Shown in pieces: positions 56,401-64,000 of a stretch of 64,000 bases of DNA. The notes below the pieces were generated by a model, which worked only from the letters and a program-made list of their open reading frames with translations, searched no databases and was not told the origin of the DNA. Made by a program: the position numbers and the translations under genes. Every line of letters begins with the position of its first letter. Position 1 is the stretch's first letter. This stretch comes from Eledone cirrhosa (Eukaryota): positions 8,804,001 to 8,868,000 of the forward strand of contig OZ024754.1 of assembly GCA_964016885.1 (NCBI GenBank), written 5' to 3'.

Positions 56401-56843
56401 GGACCTTAGATATATAGCCGAAAGGAAGGACTCAGTCTCCATCCAATTTAAAAGCTGGCCTTGTGCCTATTATAGAAATCATTTTGGCAGTATCGGTAGA
56501 GGGTCGGACGCCATGCTTTCTAGCATAGTTACGTCCCTTTACGGTCTGAGTTCAAATCCCGTCGAGGTTAACTTTGCCTTTCATCCTTACGGGGGTCGAT
56601 AAATAAAGTATCAGTAATACACTGGTAATTGCTGGCCTTGTGCCAAAAAGTAGAAACAATTATTATTATTATAAACCACTAAAATTTGTTTGTTATCTTA
56701 TTTCTATATATCTGAACATTTCCACCTTCTCTCATTTCTCCCCCCCCCCTCCTCTCTTCAATACCAGTAGAGAATAAAAAAGTGGTAAATTTAGCAATCT
56801 TTATAATCTCGAAATATCAAAGAATCAAATACATTTATACAAA

Positions 56844-56889
<46 letters not shown>

Positions 56890-56917
56890 TATGTATATAT
56901 ATACACATACATACATA

Positions 56918-57009
56918 CACGGTGTCCCCAAAAATGTATACACACTGATTACCTGTTCAGGCAATATTTATTAGAATGCTATTGAAGTGTGTATACATTT
57001 TGGGGGGAC

Positions 57010-57015
<6 letters not shown>
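56918..57015. mobile_element. Small Tc1/mariner-type MITE
   Basis: TIRs GGTGTCCCCAAAAATGTATACACACT / AGTGTGTATACATTTTGGGGGACACC. Partial copies lie at 11918-11975 and 25215-25310. Confidence 0.7.
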
Positions 57016-57049
<34 letters not shown>

Positions 57050-57050
<1 letters not shown>

Positions 57051-57258
57051 CGAAGGAAATGTGATAAGGAACCAGATGGACCATAACGCACCAGAGTACT
57101 CAATACTTAGGGTAGTAGAGTGGGTAATAGGAAAATATTTAACGCCGACGGCAGAGCTCAAGCCGTTTCGACGGCTATTTCTGGACTAAATATGTAATCC
57201 AGAAATAGCCGTTGAAACGGCTTGAGCTCTGCCGTCGTCGGGGTTAAACATTTTCCTA
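57050..57258 (-). mobile_element. Fold-back element family A, copy 4 (diverged variant)
   Basis: Same tail and architecture. Copy-specific variants (GGCAGAGCTC, CTATTT) are mirrored on both arms. Confidence 0.7.
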
Positions 57259-57727
57259 TATATATACCACCCACGCACATATATACACTCGTGTAAATAC
57301 ATAGAGAGCGAGAGTGAGAGAGATGGTGAAAAAAAAAAAATAAAAATAAAATAAATAAATAAATAAAATAAAAAAAAATAAAAATAAAAAAATAAATAAA
57401 AAAATAAAAAAAATAAAAAAAACTCACAAAATCAAATGGAAGTTAACTTGACCTTTCAGAAGATTCTTCATGCAAACTTCTAAATACATTTAACTTGTTT
57501 CAAACGTTCTTTCTCATGACGTTCCTTCCTGAAAAATATGGTCTCTGAACTAATATCGGTTTATTGATGCATCACAGGACTTTCTATTGATTTATAAGTT
57601 ACCTTGTTTGATTTTTTAAAGAGAGCGTGAACAAGAAAGAAAGATAGATGGATGGATGGATAGATAGACAGAAAGAGAAAAGGTTAGGTGGATGGATGGA
57701 TGACTAGATATATAGATATATAGATAG

Positions 57728-58800
57728 ATGTCTTTCTTTATTTGCCACAGGGGCGTACAAAAATGGGGTATTACAAGACGTGATGGCGGGGGTTTTACAT
57801 AAAAATCATATAACTTTAACATTAATAAATAACTGTTTCTACTTTTTGGCACAAAGCCAGCAATTACCCAGTACATTACTGGTACTTTATTTTATCGACC
57901 CCGTAAGGATGAAAGGCAAAGTTAACCTCGGCGGGATTTGAACTCAGATCATAAAGGGACATAACCATGCTAGAAAGCATGGCGTCTGACCTTCTACTGA
58001 TACTGCCAATTCACCACCCTTTAATTAATAAATAACAATAAACTATATATAATAAAATAACAATTGAAATCCCCAGTAGTGGGGAACGTTACTGCAGGGT
58101 TGTTTTACACCCCGTGGATAGAACAACCCTCAACACCAGGAACACGTTTTGTAGGTGTTCCCGTCTTCCCTCTGTTTATCTTCCTCAACCTACAGGTTTA
58201 TTAGAGAAGGCCCATTCACTCGGGCCATTTTCGCCTAATTCACCCACCTTTCAGCGAATTTACTGGGGTGTAGCACCTCTCTCTCCACTCTCACTTTCCT
58301 TCTGAAGTGGTACTTAAAGAAGGGGATAAGTTGTTCTCCAGAGAGAAAGGTGTTTGTCCTCAGTCCTTTTAACCTCGTCCACCATATTACTTCTTTCGCC
58401 ATAGCCACCAGACAGAGGAAAACCGCCTCTCCTTCATTCTTAAATGAAGGCGACGGGTTGATCCTCACGATGGACTCGGCTTACAACTGGATGCGTCCCA
58501 CACGTGACAGTAACTGTTCGACATAATTCCACAAGTCGGTCACCCCTGGGCACTGAACAATTGCGTGCAGAACGGTTTCAATGTTCTGCTCGCATCTTGG
58601 ACAGGTACTTTTGGCAGGATCTCTGCCAGGGCGTCCGTGCCTCTAGATTTTGTCTCGAACTAGTAGAGCTCCTCGGTAGCACTACCAGGCCAGAGACCTC
58701 TGGAAATTATCCATAGGCCTTGGACGGAAAGTCCTCCCGAACAGACTGGTCAGTTCGTCCTCCTCGATGCCTAGAGTTTCCCCGAGAACGTCGTCGCACT
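57728..58800 (-). mobile_element. 3' end of a Tx1/L1-group LINE (CCHC finger plus 3'UTR), interrupted by a SINE
   Basis: CPRCEQNIETVLHAIVQC at about 58550-58605 and KEVIWWTR...F..RW. An AATAAAGAAA end joins (TCTA)n. Shorter copies lie at 51898-52203, 52296-52402 and 58916-59310. Confidence 0.8.
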
Positions 58801-58819
58801 TAGATAGATGGATAGATAC

Positions 58820-58864
<45 letters not shown>

Positions 58865-59313
58865 AAGTTAGGTGGCTGGGTAGATGGATTATGACTAGAT
58901 AGATAGATAGATAGATATGTTTCTTTATTAGCCACAGGGGCATAAAAAAGAAGGGGACAAATACAAAGGGGGAAGTTTACATACAATAAAAACGTGTAAA
59001 ATGTTATCACAAATGCAATTTAAAAAATTAGTCGATTTTCCCCAATAGGGGGAGACAGTTCATATGGGTAACACATACCCCCGAAAAAATGTGCAACCCT
59101 CACCTCCAGGAGTACGAAGAGCTTGTACTCCTTTCCTCTCCTCCTCCTTTTCCTCAACCTACAGGCTGATATAGAGAGAAGGCCCATTCACTCGGGCCAT
59201 TCTCGCCACTTTCACCCACCTTTCATAAAACTTGCTGGGGTACAGCACCTCTCTCTCCATCCTGATTCTTCTTCCAAAGTGGTATTTGAAAAAAAGAATC
59301 AGTTGTTGCAGAC

Positions 59314-59350
<37 letters not shown>

Positions 59351-59408
59351 CAGAAACACACTCACACACACACACATTATATATATATATATATATATGT
59401 ATAATATC

Positions 59409-59597
59409 GATGAGATTCTACAGGACTAGAACTGTTTCATTCTTTAGAAATCATCAGGAATCTCTTTCCTGATGATTTCTAAAGAATGAAACAGTTCTAG
59501 TCCTGTAGAATCTCATCTATATTAAATCTTTTATACTCTGCAATGTATTGAGTACCTTACTTACTGTGGTTACCTCCGATTCAACCCGGAATAACGT
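59409..59597. ncRNA. Head-to-head inverted pair of the same hammerhead element as at 33342
   Basis: Complete motif on the minus strand at 59412-59464 and a plus-strand copy from 59466 (CTGATGA at 59469). The plus copy is followed by the same 3' tail as 33395-33477. Confidence 0.75.
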
Positions 59598-59762
59598 ACG
59601 TATATATATATATGAACGTCAATACTCATCTTTTCCCATCTCTCCGAGGGTTCTTAACACCACTATCAGGCTAAATAATTTCTTTAATTTCTTTAGCCAA
59701 AATACGACGATAGCTTACATTTCTAATAATTTCAAACCCGCTCGGTGTTTCGAAAATATTCT

Positions 59763-60926
<1,164 letters not shown>

Positions 60927-61352
60927 TCATATAACGGCTCTGCTTTCAAGCATTGGGCTAATTAAATACTGTCATAAATTCGACAGGACGCCTGTATCTT
61001 ATGCACACGTTCTGTTGTCTAAACATAATATATATATATATATATATATATATGAAGGCGGGAAAACGGAAAGAAAGGGTAGAAGGAAGAGGTAGGGGGA
61101 TTTAGTTAAATATTTTTCTCTTTGATGTTTATAGGTTGCCTAAGATATTTAATTCTGCTCGTGTCTGTTTTTAGTTATGGAGTTCGGTAAGTAGCTTGGC
61201 CTATTTCTTTCACCAGTGAAGGCGATCTTCAGTTAGTCAAGTAGCGGGAATGGAAGGAAGGTAAGGAGGGAAGAATGTGATATTTAGAGTCTAATACAGA
61301 ACTGGAATTTGTTGGATGATAACAAACACACAAGCATGCATATGAATAAATG

Positions 61353-61409
<57 letters not shown>

Positions 61410-61527
61410 TTACTTCGGCCCTTGAAAAAATTGATTCCACTTCATTTACTCTCATCTCGAGAACAGTTTTGGATAGCGCTAGTTCGTAATTTAAATTCAA
61501 GAATTTTATATTCTTCGAATGAAAAGA

Positions 61528-61611
61528 ACCTTCTGACGAGAATCTTTCTTTGCAACGAAGGCCGTATGGTCTCCGTTTATTTTTGAGATTCGAAACCGAT
61601 TCGGTAAAGGT
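61528..61611 (+). ncRNA. Type I hammerhead ribozyme, canonical core
   Basis: ACCTT-CTGACGA-GAATCT...AGATTC-GAAA-CCG(ATT)CGG-TA-AAGGT, with a GUA cleavage triplet. It lies about 150 nt upstream of a GIY-YIG fragment. Confidence 0.85.
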
Positions 61612-61678
61612 AACTATAGTAAGTAAAGCCAATTTTTTAAATTTTATTTTGAAACTTTTTCATTATTTGCTAAACCTG

Positions 61679-61733
<55 letters not shown>

Positions 61734-61765
61734 CCTCTTTCTTTATCTGTATGTATATATATATT

Positions 61766-62035
61766 CGCCACCAACGTCATCTATGCACTGTGTTCCCTTT
61801 GCAAGTCCACATATATTGGACAAACGGACCGTTTCGCAGAACACCTGAGGGACATACGACTTGGAAAAGACACCACTGTCACCCGTCACTCTCATTTTCC
61901 CAACCACACTATTCAATGCCTCTCTTTCTCAGGCATCAGTTTACATCACAGATCTCCAGCCATTTGCACCAAGACAGAACAGAACTTAATTTTTAGCCTT
62001 GAAACTACTTTTCCGTATGGCCCCAACTACCACCA
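61766..62035 (+). mobile_element. Penelope-like element GIY-YIG endonuclease fragment
   Basis: ATNVIYALCSLCKSTYIGQTDRFAEHLRDIR...VTRH...EQNLIFSLETTFPYGPN matches the PLE GIY-YIG pattern (VIY...CxxC..YIGQT..R..EH). It is 5'-truncated near (TA)n. Confidence 0.8.
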
Positions 62036-62520
62036 CAGTTTCTATAACCTCTCTTTATCCGTGCTCATACACACGCTCACACGACTCCAGCCACCACACA
62101 AATACATACACTCGCATTTTCAACAACCGTATATACCATCCAACACACATACATACCTTCGCACAAACATAACCCCCAAATTCAAACTCACACATATCCT
62201 TAGCCACCCATCGGTCATACCACACACAAGATGTAGACTTCCAATCACATAACATACACACACATACGGTTGCATCAGATACATATATATCTGCACCCAC
62301 ATTCATTTTAACACCATATACACCACACCCTCCCACTTCACGAATAAAAGGACTTCCGCATCGTTAAAAAGAAATTGATTAATTGTTCAAACATTGCTTT
62401 ACATTTTAATATAGAAGAAGTCAAAATAATTCTGAGTCCCTTGAATTTAAATAACTCTGGTCAGCCAATTCTTTTACTTTTTACTCATTGCCATAAGAAT
62501 TATACCAATATATCTCTCCT

Positions 62521-63336
62521 GCATCAAATCCTCTGCCTCCTTCACTGTATTTGTCACCAAAACTATGTCGTCGGCAAATTCAGCATCCGATACCTTTTTC
62601 GCCCTAACTCTCTTGCTCTGAGCCGGTGCTACAGTAAAGCCAGAGTCCTGGTGTTTCTCCAGTGCAAGGCGCATACAATAGTCCACTACGATGATAAAAA
62701 GATAGGGAGCCAATGTATCTCCCTGGAGCACTCCAGCCAGTATCTCAAAGAACTCTGTCATCCCATCAGCTGTAATGACTTGGGCTTTGGTGTTACTGTA
62801 GAACAGTGATATCAGGTCCACTATCTTCTTGGGGATTCCATAAGCCTGTAAGATCTTCATCAGGCAGTAACGGTCCACAGAATCAAAGGCCTTCCTAAAG
62901 TCAATGAAAACCATGACCGCAGGAAGGCACTTTGCTCTAGCTCCCTCTAATATCCTCCTCAGCATCAGGATGTGACTGGTGGTTGATCTACCCTCTAATA
63001 TCCTCCTCAGTATCAGGATGTGACTGGTGCTTGATCTACCCTCTCTGAAGCCGTTCTGGTTGTCCCAAAAGTCAGCTCAAAAGTGACACAAAGGAGACTG
63101 AGGTTAGCTGGACATGCTCACCGACATCCAGAGTTGACATTGCACTCAGTGCTCCTTTGGGAGCCCATATATGGACACACTAGAAGTGGAAGACCAAGGT
63201 TAACGTATGTTGATGCCCTAAGGACAGACACTGGTCTGTTGGAGACGCAGGACATGGCAGCGATAATGAGGGACAGAGACCGCTGGAGAGAACTCGTCCA
63301 TGGATCTCGGGAATTTTACCCGCCTTAGATAGATAG
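62521..63336. mobile_element. RTE-like LINE insertion with a 5' inversion: inverted RT segment (62521-63066, minus) joined to a forward 3' end (63067-63336)
   Basis: Minus: NQNGFREGRS...FIDFRKAFDSV...GVLQGDTLAPYLF...FADD. Plus: QRRLRLAGH...WEP...GRPRLTYVD...MRDRDRWR, then a (TAGA)n tail. An 11-bp TSD ATATCTCTCCT lies at 62510-62520 and 63337-63347. Confidence 0.85.
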
Positions 63337-63554
63337 ATATCTCTCCTTTGCTCTTTATTTCATTCCAAACCAGAAGAGAGAAATTACATCTCTCGCTCTC
63401 TCACACACATACATACATTATATATATATCCTGTGTAACAAAAGCGTGCACTCTGGCCGGCTGGGGTCAAATGTTAATAATACGAACTTAGGTCTCCATT
63501 GAGTGAGTGGAGAAACTGTTGAAGCTATGTCCGTTCTATTTGACTTGCTTCGTC

Positions 63555-63730
63555 TCTTTTTCCAATTCCACCCCGCCCGTCCCTTCAACCTATCTTATTT
63601 CTCATTCCTTCTTCTGATGAAGGACTAGCGTCCGAAACGTTAAGACCCTCTTCCTGCTATTTCACGCGTTAACCTAATATATTCCTTCCATATACTGTAC
63701 CGATTGTGTTGTTATTTCTGTTTACCTTTT
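63555..63730 (+). mobile_element. Penelope-like pLTR-type short element with a minimal hammerhead (63610-63645); copies on the minus strand at 45901-46146 and 40891-41110
   Basis: TCTT-CTGATGA-AGGAC(TAGC)GTCC-GAAA-CGTT-AAGA. Three homologous copies end at (CA)n or (TA)n. The 40979-41014 copy has a mutated core (CTGGTGA). Confidence 0.7.
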
Positions 63731-63742
63731 ACACACACACAC

Positions 63743-63796
<54 letters not shown>

Positions 63797-64000
63797 AACA
63801 CACACACTGGAGGAAGCAGTAACATCTGTCATGTGTAGGAATAATCAGTGTTAATGTGGAATAGTGAAAGCTCTTATAAATAATGTTTCATTCTCTACAC
63901 AGTAAAAGAAAAACTAATTAAAAAAAGAACGGTAGCTATATCTACCTTAAAATCTTTAAATCTACGTTCTAGTATAAATATTTAGTGATTTCGAGAGTGT

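Overview
This is AT-rich, microsatellite-saturated animal genomic DNA. The SINE/LINE repertoire looks like octopus or another coleoid cephalopod, which is an inference from repeat families. Almost all long ORFs in the supplied track are simple-repeat artefacts. The only host-gene signal is a minus-strand gene with a 44-codon coding exon at 27254-27385 and a 220-nt exon at 4162-4381, separated by a 22.9-kb intron. It continues off the left edge and the product was not recognised. The rest is transposon debris: two tRNA-derived SINE groups, RTE/CR1/Tx1/CRE-type LINE fragments, a Penelope-like GIY-YIG fragment, piggyBac- and Tc1/mariner-type MITEs, a non-autonomous Helitron, several minisatellites and a 200-N gap. 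The most striking hidden layer is RNA-structural. About 16 type I hammerhead ribozyme (HHR) motifs from roughly ten short-element families sit at or near (TA)n tracts. Several occur as head-to-head inverted pairs. Two further families are fold-back palindromes centred on hammerhead stem II, keeping GAAA-stem III-NUH but lacking CUGANGA. Also notable are a twin-priming-type 5' inversion with an 11-bp TSD in an RTE-like LINE, and Tx1-like LINE ends that appear to target (TAGA)n.
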